A stretch of 64,000 bases of DNA, taken from positions 111,476,001 to 111,540,000 of the forward strand of contig OX597817.1 of assembly GCA_951406725.2 (NCBI GenBank), given 5' to 3'. Below, in pieces: positions 14,001 through 50,900 of this stretch (position 1 is the first letter of the stretch; every line of letters begins with the position of its first letter). The position numbers were made by a program, and so were the translations under genes. This stretch comes from Octopus vulgaris (Eukaryota). The notes beneath the pieces were generated by a model that was not told the origin of the DNA, did no database searches, and was given only the letters and a program-made list of their open reading frames with translations.

Positions 14001-15260
14001 TGCAACAGGATTCACAATAACTCTTCAGCTGGTAATAAGGCACTATCAATTTGGCTAGCTGCAATTTATGGCATTGAATTTAGTTATTGCTCTCTAAACG
14101 TATCAACCTCACTTTGAAAGGGGTAAAAACATTCTCAAATGAACTTAACACACACACTCCTCTTCTAATAAATAAAATAGAATTTTATGACCAACTTGAT
14201 AGTTTATTTAGCAGTTTATGATTTTGTATCCTATTGCAGGTGAGTTCATCATTAATCATTGTCACTAGGAAACAATTCTATTTGCTTCAGCACACCTAGT
14301 TGGTTTAAGGGTGACAAACGTTTGAGAAATCTAAGCCTATAATAAGCATACTATCCAAAGGATGATGTACCTCATTTCCTTAATACTACAGCAGAATTAA
14401 TGTTGTAAGTCCTATCGACTCCTGTGGTTTCAAGGTGTTATCCACTGGATTTAAATAAATACCATAAGCCACAAAAAAAAAGTTTACTCTTGGAACATTA
14501 TAGCAGATCTTATGACATGAAAGATTAGACAAAACAAACAGTACAAAATGTATGTTATTTATTATCATTTATCAACCCCATCATCTTGCATATTTTTTTA
14601 CACATTATGTTAAAATTTTTTATACCACTTTCAAATCAAAGGCAGAATTCATGTCCTTTTTTTGTGTGCAATTCTGAGTTATTTAAAGGAAAATAATAAA
14701 ACTTTAGAATTCCATCAACTAAATTTATGATAACCTCAAGGTTAAACTTGATTTATTTTATTCTGTATGTATGTTATTTATTTGACAAAATCATCAGATA
14801 TATAACAATCTGGTCAAAACATTGTGGAAACATCAAAGATGTTGAATAATCAAACATTATCTATTTTAGACAAATTTTTGTTTTACATCATTGTGCTTCT
14901 ACTTTGAAATATAAGTCTAATTCCCTATTTCCCCTGCCTGCAAAATCTCCACAGCACTATAACAACTGCTACTGCTACAATTATTAACACCCGTTATATA
15001 AAATGGCAGTAGCAACTACTTTCATGGCAAACAAGATGGTGATAATGTACAGATTTGTTTTTATGAAAATAGGAAATATAAAAAATATAAATCTTGTTTT
15101 GTTGTTATTCTGTTAATCAGATTTGTTTTCAGGTGCATGTAATCAACAAAGATGACAATGTTTTCAGGTACACAATCAGCACATACACCAAGGTGACACC
15201 TTGGGCCTAAGCTGAATATTCATTATGAATAATTAAGATCCATTTTTACAGCATAAAAGT

Positions 15261-38729
<23,469 letters not shown>

Positions 38730-38928
38730 ATGGTGAGCATTTGAAAAGTTAATTCATTTATTTAGTTCGAGTGACAGGAGTATTTCATATGTAAAATTAT
38801 GATTATCGAATATTTCCTACTTCGTGTTTGATCATTCATTAACTTTTATTGTTTCCGATTTCTAGTTACATATCAAGTTCCACAAATATTAATGAGAGAA
38901 AACGCTATTAAATAACATTCATTTACAA

Positions 38929-38963
<35 letters not shown>

Positions 38964-41900
38964 GTTTATTAGCTCTACGGTAAAACGTCGTGCTGAATAT
39001 AAATTTCGAATAATGCAGCACCAAACTCGTGGATGAAGTTGAAATTGTTAGACTGTGTCAGTCATGTGGCGATGAAGCACAAGTGTTTAATTGTTTAAAA
39101 TAGTAGAATCCGAAGAAACGATTAAGTTGCATAAACCATCATCAAATCTAGAAATTTGATTCTTTATTCGAAGGTTTAAACATTTCACTATAGATGTAAA
39201 TTATATGATTACCTATAAACTATTATTTGATCCATGCTTCCTGTCACTATTCCAGCTTGCGTAATAATAAAACCGATTGTCGTCATAATGATTGTTAGTG
39301 TTATTAACAATTTAATGTGCGTTTGTAGCTGTTCCAAAATTACCGTGAACCAACATAAATGTCTCCTAATATCCAGTTTTTTCACCTTTCTTAAGGAACT
39401 TGGACATCAATCACCAGTGCAATATTAGTGCAGTGCATTTATTTCAGTCCGATAGTTTTATAGATGCAGTTTATCTCCCATTAACTTTTACTTGAGTTGG
39501 AAATTGCCCTTATGCCTCATAAATCGACAGTTATATAATTATAAATTATATTTTATCCGCTTTAAAAAAAAAAATTCGCATGCACGTATCTCTAAACGTA
39601 TGTTACCCACTGTTATTTGCAAATATGGGTATTTAAAAATTTTTTTATATATCGCAAGTCTACTGTAGATTTATATTGAATAGGAAAACCCCATACAATA
39701 TAATGAAGGTAAAGCTATATAGGCAGACTATTAATCGTTTTAAAATACCTCCCTGCTCCCCATCAGCCCCAGAACTGAGGGGATATTAATCTGAGCCTTA
39801 ATGATTAGGTTTAGCTCAGTGTGACAAGTGAAGCAACCAGCATTTAGGCTGCAAAACAGACCGTGAAGACCTGTGGGGTCCAAGTGCCTACCACAGCGAC
39901 ATCTCAGTCCCCTGCAGACGTCAGCTCCCACTCTGAGTGTGATGCAGATGTGGAGTTCATCTAGACTGAGTAGACCTCCAATGTTGGTCATAGGCAGGGC
40001 ATCAATCCAGTCCCGAGAATTTTGCACTAGCTAGAAGTATGTGACACCTTGAAAATTCATCAGATTGATCAAGGAGAGAGTTGAAAGTGGCACCTGAATG
40101 CAGATTGTCCCATATTATCTACTTCTGTCTTTCCTCAACTGTAACAGGAACTGACAAACCCAGCTCTCTGCACTGTAACAGAGCTTCATCCATCTCCCTG
40201 TTGGAATTAGTCCATGTTGGAGAGATGTTGCCTACTAAAGGGGAGCAAGTATGGATGGAGGAAAGAAAACTGGGAAGAGATAGAGACGAGCATTTGCACA
40301 GATCTAGATCCCCAAAACGTTTGGGCAAAGTAGCCTGGTCATGGGACTCTGGGGAGAGTTTGACATTGACCAAGCATTCAAGTTTCCTGAAGATTAGGTC
40401 ATCGAAGCATTGAAAAGACGATGTGAAGCTATAGAGGGACTAACTCTCTGAAAATTCAATAGCTTAGGAATTGACAAGTAATTCCTAAGTTTAAAAATAT
40501 CCTTGGTGGAGCTCAATTACCTCAAGGTTTTTTTAAAAAGTTATTCAAGGTTAACCATTTTGGACTGAAAGATGAAGTTAAAAGTTTGGTCAGTAATTGG
40601 GCTCCAAGGGAGCATCACGCTGATGAAGGAGGAACTGCAATAGAGGGGAGGAAGTCAATAAATAGTTTAATAGACTGCTCAAATGAAACTGGATGGTTGA
40701 AGAACCCGAGCTCTCATTTGGAGTTGTTAACGCTAAGGCCCTTATGACCAAGTTCCTCAATCATTATCCTTGCAGTTGCAAGCAGCTTATCAGGAGGGAC
40801 TCCCAAACAAGCATCATTGAGATACCAGACATTTAATTCAAGGTTGGCTTCTGTCTTGGTAACATCATCAATACCCAATGTGAATAGGGCAGGATCAAGT
40901 GGGTCACCTTGCTGGACTCCAGAGACAGATGGGATAAGGTGGCCATCAAAGGAGAGGTAGGCGGACTCCCAGTAGGCTTGCCAAGCAAAGTGATAAAGTT
41001 GTGGGGAATTCTCCCTTACTGCATGGAGGATGACATCCCGACTGATAGAATTAAAGGCGTTCCTAAGGTCTAGTTTGGGGATGACCTTTGGGAACTCAGA
41101 GGGCAAGTTTGTGAAAGCCCAAGTGGCATGAGCATCAGCTTCAAAACCTAGCTTAGTACCCACTCCTAGTTGAATAGGGGAAAATTCAGTGAATGGGCAG
41201 TTAGAAACTGAGGACAGACACACTTTTGCTATGAGTCATCACCTGGCAGTGAACTATCTCTTCCAACCTGTAGCATTTGAGACATTTGGAGAGACTGGGC
41301 CACTAACCATGAAGTTCTTGTCATCGATAGCAGCTTACCTCAACAAGGTATCAGGTGATGCCTGTGATGGTGCATTGCTTTTCCAACACCTTAGCCTTGT
41401 CATTGCCCATGGTAATGCTGCAAGCGTGCTGGCTTGCTTCAATAGGTTTCATTCACACTTGTGGTGTGCGACCAATTGAAGCACTTGGTGTTGCATTGAT
41501 GTTTTCTTTTTACTCTCCTTTTTCTTTTTTCCACCTTGTTTTTATTTTGTCTTTTTTTTTGTATACATTATGAACATTTTATGGATTTCTCTCTGTGATA
41601 TTATTCATTGTTTTTATTCATACTTCATAGGCTAGTAACCTCATTCTTGTTGGAATTGGCTGTACTATCGTTGGATTTGCAGGTAATACTTTTATATGTA
41701 TATGTGTATGGTGTAATTTCCAACATGCAATCTTTAAGACAGCATGTTGACACAAATATGTGTGTGTGTGTGTGTATTGAAAAATAACTGCCCAAGGAAA
41801 GTTCTTAAGTCAGAAAAAAAAAGAGCACACTCAATTTAAAGTAATAGATTAGTATAATTTTAGTACAATGTTTTAAATGAAGAACCAGGTGACTAAGCAT

Positions 41901-44900
41901 ATTTAGCAAATAATTCATGCAGAATCAGACTTCCCTAAGCAAAAGGCATGCCCAAACAATCGTAAGATATAATTGATTGGAAATGTATAGCTAGGCTCTT
42001 TTTGCTGAAGGCCAAGGGTGAAAACAAACTACTTGGCTTTCTGTAAAACCGAGGAAATTATGATCATGCTCCTCACCTCCAATAAATATAAACGCGAAGG
42101 CTTCCAAAGTTATATCCCTTAGTTTGAGGTACAAAGCTATGTTGTAAACTGAAGGAGTGCATGCATAATGTACATGCATGTGTGAGAGTGGGGAAAACAG
42201 GAATAAATATATTAATCTCTTAGTACCACAGACTTTCATTTCATCATCATCATCATTCTTTAATGTTTGCTTTCCATGCTGGCATGGGTTGGATGGTTCC
42301 ACAGGATCCACCAAGCTGCAGGGTCATGCTGAGCTCCAGTGTCAGCTTTGGCTAGCCATAGGAAACATGCCAAAGCTGACACTGGTGCTCAGTGCAGTCC
42401 TGTGGCTCACTGAACCCTGTGAAACCGTCTGATCTATGCCAGCATAGAAAGCAAATGTTAAATGATGATGATGATAAAAAAATATTTAGAAGTCTATTTT
42501 ACTAGACTTGGGTAGTTATAACAATAACTGCCCAAGAATTTGGACAGATGTTGACATTAATATTTTAAATATAGTGACTTCTAAATGAAAATTTTTTCTT
42601 TAGTTATAAATATTTTGCTACAGTTAGTTATCAAGACTGTGAACAAATTGAAATCCAGTCCCTTGTCTGATTGAATTTTCCATCAACTCTGTCTGAGAAT
42701 GATGAGGACCATACTAAACTCTTATACCATACCAAAGTGTGGTGGCTGTCAAAAATAAACTGTGTTTTACGCTTTGTTGAACTGTTTTATATAATATCTT
42801 TTTCTTTGAAGATACTCCACTATCCGCTTCATTGATGGCTGCAAGGTGTGATATCCTTTTTCTTTGTGATATATTCACAAAATTAAATGATTTGAATAAA
42901 TTACTGCAAGGAAACAGAAAAACTCTTGTTGATTGTAAATTATTTATCACTACCCTCATTTCGAAATTGGTGTTGTTTACGACTAACATTTCAAAACGTA
43001 AATCCATCAATTTCCACAAATTGATTCTTTGAAAGATGAATTGATTGATGCGGATTTAACTATATATCGTAACTATTTACAATCATTGCTCGATAACATG
43101 GTGGAATGATTTCAAGATGTTATTATGCTGAATATTCTAAATTGGTATAGCAGTCCATTTGAGGTCAGTGCAGTCGATTGCGAGGATGATGTTCAGGAGG
43201 AATTGATAGGATTACAAAATGACAATGACACCACAATGCAATATCATCATAATGAAATTACTTTTGCCTGCCTTCCCTACCTTATACCTGGTTGAATCTG
43301 GTTTTAACCATGTTGGAACTTTATTTTCCCATAAAAGAATTGCACTGGATGTGATACACTGAGGAGACTTGTGGCTAAAGTCGACAAGTTTGAAACCGAA
43401 TGTATCTGCACTAGCTGCATTGCACGAAACACATGGTTCTCATTAAAAAGCTTTATTCTTTTCCTTTATAATACAATCATTAATTATTATGGAGCATTTT
43501 TTGGCTCATAGGTGGGCAATATTGCAATTTGGCACAAAAAGTTTGGGAAATACTGATGTAGACAATATAACAGGTGACTGTTATATGATGTGACAATTAC
43601 CCAATATTTAAAGAATATTAAATAGATTAATTCAGCCAGCAGTAAAAATATCTGTTGTGATGGTTTATTCAAAATAGAGAAATTAAGATCTGTTACATGA
43701 TATAATTCTTATTAGGTTAAGGCAAAGTAGTTAAATTGATACGCTATTCAACTACAAGCTTACAGATTTTGTGTTCAAATTTTATTGTTGACATTATGTA
43801 TTGAGGCAGAATACATCTAGATTGAATCATCAGCTTTAATAACCATTAAACTGGAGATAAATACCAGTTTTGTTAACTATATTGGACTCCTAAACATATT
43901 TACTTTTAAAGTTATTGCTGGATATAAAGTATTGCATCAAGATGTGCTAGCCAATGCCAGTGTCACATAACTGGCCCATTTAAAAGTAACCTTCACTCGT
44001 TGGGCAATATGCTGTGCTTGAGAAGACCTGTTGAGTCAAGTGAAATCGTAGTTGTGGCCAATACCAGTGCCACCTGACGTAAAAAAGCACCATTCATGTG
44101 TGGTCAATACTAGTGCCACCTGACTGGTCCCCGTGCTGATGGCATGTAAAAAGCATCCACTTTGCTCTCAGAGTGGTCAGTGTTAGGAAGGGCATCCAGC
44201 TGTAGAAACCTTGCCTGATCTGATTGGAGCCTGGGCTAGACTCCTGGCTTACCAGTCCTCAGTCAAACCATCCAACCCATGCCATCATGGAAAGCAGGCA
44301 TTAAACGATGATGATGATGTTGAGATGACTGCATCAGCTATATAGACATTAAAAGACTGGCAGATGATGAATAGTTTAAGAGGAATGAATTCAAGAAAAT
44401 ACAACACCAAATGATGTACCTGTTAGGTGTTAAAAATATTTTTTATATTAACCCTTTTCCAGTTCAAAGCATTTTCATAAGTTTGTCCTAAACATTCATG
44501 CTTGTTTTCAAACTATTAGTTAGCCCTTGTTTCATACATTCTGAGTTATATAAAGCTTTCCTTTATATATCCTGTGCACCATATGTGATATACAGGACAG
44601 ACAGAGGGTAAAAGACTCTGATGAACCTATCAACAGTGATTATTAATGTTGGTTATTATACTTGAAAAATACAGTTCTCATAATGTCCATCAGTGCATCA
44701 TGTGTGAATATTCATTCTTTTTACAGGTCGCTATGCTCTTCGTTATGGCAAAGTTGCAGGAGAAACTTTAAAAAAACAAATAGATTCTTTACCATCAACA
44801 TCTGTAAGTATTTAGCTTCTTGCTGGTATCTTCATATTTTATGTTTTTATTATTATTGTTATTAAGTTTGTGAGATGGCAGAGTGGCAACTTAAATGCCT

Positions 44901-47900
44901 TGTGGTATTTAATTGCATCACCTTCTGATTTCAAGCTCTGCTGAAATTTACTTGGGTGCTTCTGGCATTCATTACATAAACACCAGTAATATACTGGAGT
45001 TAATTAATTTGGCTGGAATCCTATCCTTCCAAATGTGTTTTTATTAATCTTTAACCAGTTTTCAGAGACACATGTGAAGAGAAAGTGTTTTCTTTGCTAC
45101 TCTATGTTTATGTACTTATGTATAGTTTATTGAATGTAATCTCTCAATACCTGGTATAAAGCCACCTCCCTCAATACAACACCTCTGCTTAGTTGAATTG
45201 TTCTTGTAAGTTATTGGTGACATTATAGTGCAAATGCTGCAAAAAAAGAAAACCCAGTACACTCTGTAAAGTGACTGGTGTTGGGAAGAGCATTCAGTCA
45301 TAAAAACTATGACTAAGCAGATAGTGGAGCCTGGTACAGTCCTCTGGCTTGTCATTTCCATTTGAACTATCTAGCCATTTTCAGCGTATAAGATAGACAT
45401 TAAATGATGGTGGTATATTTTTAATCATCATTATCATTGATAATTATCTACGTTCCAGGTTGGCATTGCTTGAATAGTTTGACAGGATCATACAAGCTGG
45501 AAGATTGCATCAAACTCCAAAGTCTTCTTTGGCATAGTTTCTATGACTGAATATTCTTCCTAATGCCAACCACTTTACAGAGTGTTCTGAATGCTTTTTT
45601 TTTATATGATACTGGCACTAGTAAAATTGTCAAGTAACTCAAAAGACAAAGATATATATATCTTTGTCTTTTGAGGGAGAGAGAAAACAAACAGTTTGTT
45701 AATAATTATTTTACTGTCCTGTATTATGAATAACAATGTTAATTTTTATTCTAATAAGCAACTTTCTTTTTGTTCAGGCATTTACCTATAACAAATATTA
45801 CAAAGGTGGTTTTGAACCCAAAATGTCCAAACGAGAAGCTGGATTAATTCTTGGTGTCAGGTCAGTTTGTAATCATCAGTTTTGTTTATGAGAATGATGG
45901 TATGCATGCTCCTTATTTTTCATTGCATATTATTTTTCATTCTAGATTGCTCATAATTTAGTGTAATTTAGAGATCTAATATCATTACTTATTTAAAAGT
46001 GGCAAAGTAGCAGACTCATAAGCACACCAGGCAGAATGCTTAGCAGCATTTCATCTGTCTTTACATTCTGAGTTCAAATTCTGCCAAGGTCGACTTTACC
46101 TTTCATCCTTCCGGGGTTCATAAAATAAGTACCAGTTGAGTACTGGGGTCGATGTAATCAACTTACCTCCTCCCCTGAAGTTGCTACCCCTGTGCCATAG
46201 TTTATTCCATGTGTTTTGGCAGCTGATGACACTCAAATATGCACAGCTGAGCTAAGAATCTCCCTTGTTTTTAATCGCCTCATTCATTCAAACTCATCTA
46301 TTCTCCAAAATAATTCTTTCTTGTTTGTTCTAACTCTACAATGTCTGGCATTGTTTCTTGGCTACATGTATAACTCCTTCTTGTTTGCTCTAGCTCTTAA
46401 AATGACCTTTCATGTCAGTGGTTGCATCCACCCTTTCCCACACCCACCACCAATACCGGAAATCTCTTTCTCGCTCACTCTTACTTATTTATTTATTTAT
46501 TTTTTTTTTTATTTACACATCTCTGCAGCATCAATACTGCTTCACCCACAAGGCTCATGACACTTATATTTACAATGCCCCAAATACTTTCATATACAAT
46601 GCTTCCTCATTCCACCCCCCACCCCCGCCCCGAGGTAACAACCTTAACAACTCTAACATATTTGAATGACAGTACGTTAAAAGTAAGAACAAATATCATC
46701 ATGCCTGTTACCAAATGTTCTCTTCGGGTACTGAATAACATCTCTCCTTCCTGTGTTATCTCCCATATCTCTTTCTCAGTTTTCAGAGTTGGCACTCTAA
46801 ATGTAGGCACATTGAAAGATAGGTCTAGCAAGATTGTAGAGATGCTTGAACAGAGACGTGTTGATGTATGTTGCGTACAAGAGGTAAGATGGAGAGGAGC
46901 TTCAGCCAGAGTCCTCACAGGAAAAGCACATAGATATAAACACTTCTAGGAAGGTAATAGCAATGGAATAGAAGATGTGGGCATACTTCTTTCAGAGAAA
47001 TGGGTGGATAAGGTCATAAAGGTAGTGAGAGTGTGCGATAGAGTACTTAAACTCAGGCAAGTCTTGCTGAATGGTTTTCTCCGCCTATGCCCCACAAGCA
47101 GACCTACCAAATGAACAGAAGGATTGCTTTTTATATTCCTCTGCAAGCTACCTCAAAGATGAGTGACAATGATCTCATCGTTGTGGGTGGAGATTTTAAT
47201 GGGCATGTCAGACTGCAATCTGGTATCTTCCATGGTGTACATGGGGGCCATGGAGCTGGTACTAGAAATGAAGAGGGAACTAGGCTCCTGGAGTTCTGCG
47301 ATGCAAATAACCTATTGATCTGCAACACCAACTTCAGGAAACCATCTAGCCATCTGATAACCTATCATTCTGCTAACCAGATCGATTTCATTCTCACAAG
47401 ACAGCGGGATGCATGGTTGCTTTTAAATACAAAGACCCTCCCTGGTGAAGAATGTACCCCACAACATAGACTAGTTATTAGTGACTTTAGACTCAAGGCC
47501 AGAAGGATGCCAAAAAGCAGACCAATCTGGTAAAAAAAGGACTTGGAAGCTTAGGAACCCTTCACATGGTCAGAGTTTAGGGATATCCTTACTGAGTAAT
47601 TTGATGATAGGGAGGAAGAGCTACAGTCTTGTGACATAGAAGACAGCTGGGAATTCCTGCAAAGTCCCTTCCAGACCTAGGGTAACATGGTGGTGGAACA
47701 ATACTGTAGACAGGGCTATTAGAGCAAAGAAACAGGCTTGGAATGCCTGGAAGAGTTGGGGTAGCAGGAGAATGTATCAGATAGCCAAAAGGGAAGCTAA
47801 GAGACAGGTATATATAGCCAAGGGAGTAGCAGAAAAGAAGTTTGCCAATGTTCAGCAACGTGAGAACCAAAGAACTGAAGTATTTTGGAATGCAAGACGG

Positions 47901-50900
47901 TGTGGCACGTAAAAAGCACCCACTACCATCTCAGAGTGGTTGACGTTAGGGCATCCAGCTGTAGAAACATTGCCAGATCAGATTGGAGCCTGGCTCTCCA
48001 GACCTCAGTCAAACCGTCCAACCCATGCCAGCATGGAAAATGGACGATGATGATGATGAATATGATAGTTTACTTACATAAGAGATGTAAAAGAAAATTT
48101 AGAAAACATTTGGCATTCAGTGTACTTTCTGAGTGGAATTAGTTTGAATACTTTTCACTCTTTGCTTGCATGTCTTTCAGCTTCTATGATTTGAAATTAT
48201 CTCAGCTGTTCTCTAGAATATTTTTTTCTACTTTAGGCACAAAGCCTGAAATTTCTGATTAGATCGACCCCCAAAGGGATGAAAGACAAAGTCAACTTCA
48301 GTGGAATTTGAACTCAGGACAAAATACTGCTTAGCATTTTGCCCAGCATGCTAACGTTTCTGCCAGCTTGCCACCTTAGTTCTCTAGAATATTACTGCAA
48401 CAATGTCATTGGATCACTATCACTTCTATAAACACCAAGCAAAAACTGCTAATCAGACAATCATAGTCAGTACTTTATGATGTATTACCGCCGACTATGT
48501 TTTCTCTCTCTCTCTACGAATTTTAAGGAATCAGACTACCTTGCATATCTTCACTGTAGGAACTTCCTGAGCCCTCACTCTGTGCCATGCTGTAGTTCCA
48601 GACCATACTAAGACATGTTATGTATATGCATTTAATTAAATATCTCTGTGCTGTAGGTCTAATTGAGAAGATATTCTGTCTTCTTGAGTAGAAAATATTG
48701 TATCTGATCATTTTAATGCCCACTTTTCCTTGCATACATGACTCAGATGGAATTCATTGTGACATTTTCTATGACTAGATGTCCTTTCTGTTGTCAACAC
48801 TCACCTGTTTCCAAGCAAGATAAGATTTCCCCATAGCCACACATATTTTTCATAGAGGATTACAAACAAGCAACATCTCTTGTATGATGGTGGTACTTAT
48901 TTATGACCATCTCATGATGTCAGGACCACACACACACACACACACATATAACAAACTTCTTTCAGTTTCTGCTTACCAAATTTAATCACATGGCTTTGGT
49001 TGGACAAGGGCTAAGGAAGAAAACACCAGCCCATGGTGACACCGTGGAACTGAACCTGAAACCACATGATTGGGACGCAAACTTTTGAACCATACAACCA
49101 TGCCTGCACTTCACAGCCATACCTACATCTCACAACCATATCTGCATCTTTGTGTTGATATATAAAGCCTGTAGGGATACAGCTATAGTTATATATAGAT
49201 TTAACCTGATTGTAAAACATATAAATAAGGGATTTTTGATTCCAGGGGTGTTTGAAAGTGTAAAGCAATCAGTTATAATGCCTCCAAGGAATGAAATTGT
49301 TACTGCTGTCACTCAACCTGTAACAAACAATGCTGTACAATATCACCATTCAACACACACACTTATAATGAGCTTCTTGCAGGTTCCATTTTCCAAATTT
49401 ACTCACAAGGCATCAGTCATTCCAAATTTCAATGTAAATTTCTTATGTATGTAAACGTGTGTGTGTGTATGAAGTATAATCTGTACCTTGTTTTCTTTAT
49501 ATACTTAAAGAATTGCTTGGTTTAAAGGAAACACAGTAAGATTAGTAAATTCTTTCTATTTTCTATTTTAGCCCATCTGTGAGTAAATCTAAACTTAAAG
49601 AAGCCCACAAAAGAATTATGCTTTTAAACCATCCAGACAGAGGTAAGTCTTCTCTACTTTCTGGGGATCTTGAACATCAAATATGCACTTTATGCTTCTA
49701 TGCAAGAAGCATTTATTATATTCAGGAAAGCTTTCAACTATATCTGGCATGCAAGTCTCCTATCAAAACTTCCTCCCATCTATGGCTCTTATCTATCATT
49801 TCCTGGATCTGCAGCTTTCTAACAGATCATACTATCGTGGCATATGTTGATGGTTCTTTTTCAGCCCCCTTCTCCATCAAGTCTGATATTCCTCAGAGTT
49901 CTGTTCTGTCACTTTCTCCCTCTATCCTTTATATATCAATACTTTCTTTGCACCCCCTCGCATACAGATTACACAATCCTTCATTTCTACTTAAGGTTCG
50001 TTATCCATGAATTATCCACATGCAACCTTAATACAACTTGTCAGACATGCGTTGATTGAGGCCATAGCAACCTTGTCCCTATTAACAACAAAAAAACTTG
50101 AGCATTATGCATATCAAGGAAACACTACCACACCATACCCTTTCTAAACATTAGAGCCTTCACACTTACTTCAAATGTTGGACCTCACTACCACCAAGGA
50201 TCTTTCCTGGCAAAAGTACATCCTTCATACAGTTAGAACTACATCTCTAAAGACTAGCCCTTCTAAAGGCCTGAAGATATTTCAGTCCCCAACAGCTACT
50301 GACGTTCCAGGAGACTTGAGTAATGCCCACAGTTGAGTACTGCTCTCACATCTGGGACAGTGCTGCTTCTACATTGATACCTTGGGTCACATCTAGAGAA
50401 GGGCCACCCAACTGATTGTCACAGATGCACTTTAGCCTATTAATGCACAGACATATTGTCTCCTCTGTAATGGCTTTTGCTCTTTGGAATTGGTTGATCA
50501 TGTACCTCTACCACTCCAAACAAACAAGCTAGAAAGACTTTGTACTAACCAGAAAACCTAATAGACAGTCGGCTGTGAATACAAAACCTTTTCTTGGCGA
50601 AGAATGTACCACCTAATAAAGTCTAGATATTTATGAGACCAGAGTAAGATCTAGTTGAACCAAGAGGTACAAGACAATCTGTAGAAGGAAAGAATGGAAG
50701 CTGAATAAAGTTCAGAAATATACTATGTAATATCTTTGTCATGAAAGAAGAGGAGATAAAGGCTTGCAAAGTAGATAAGGCAACTTACTGCAGGCCACAG
50801 ACTGGATATGTAAGTAGAGCAAGATTCCAGCCAAATGGAATGTGACATGGTGGTAGTAGTAGTATGTTAATGAGAGCCACAAAAGCTAAGAGACAAATCA

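Noticed and set aside
49643-50010. Read-through of DNAJC19 exon 5 into a 143-aa ORF
   Set aside because: Canonical donor gtaagt at 49643; the extension is a decayed LINE RT fragment
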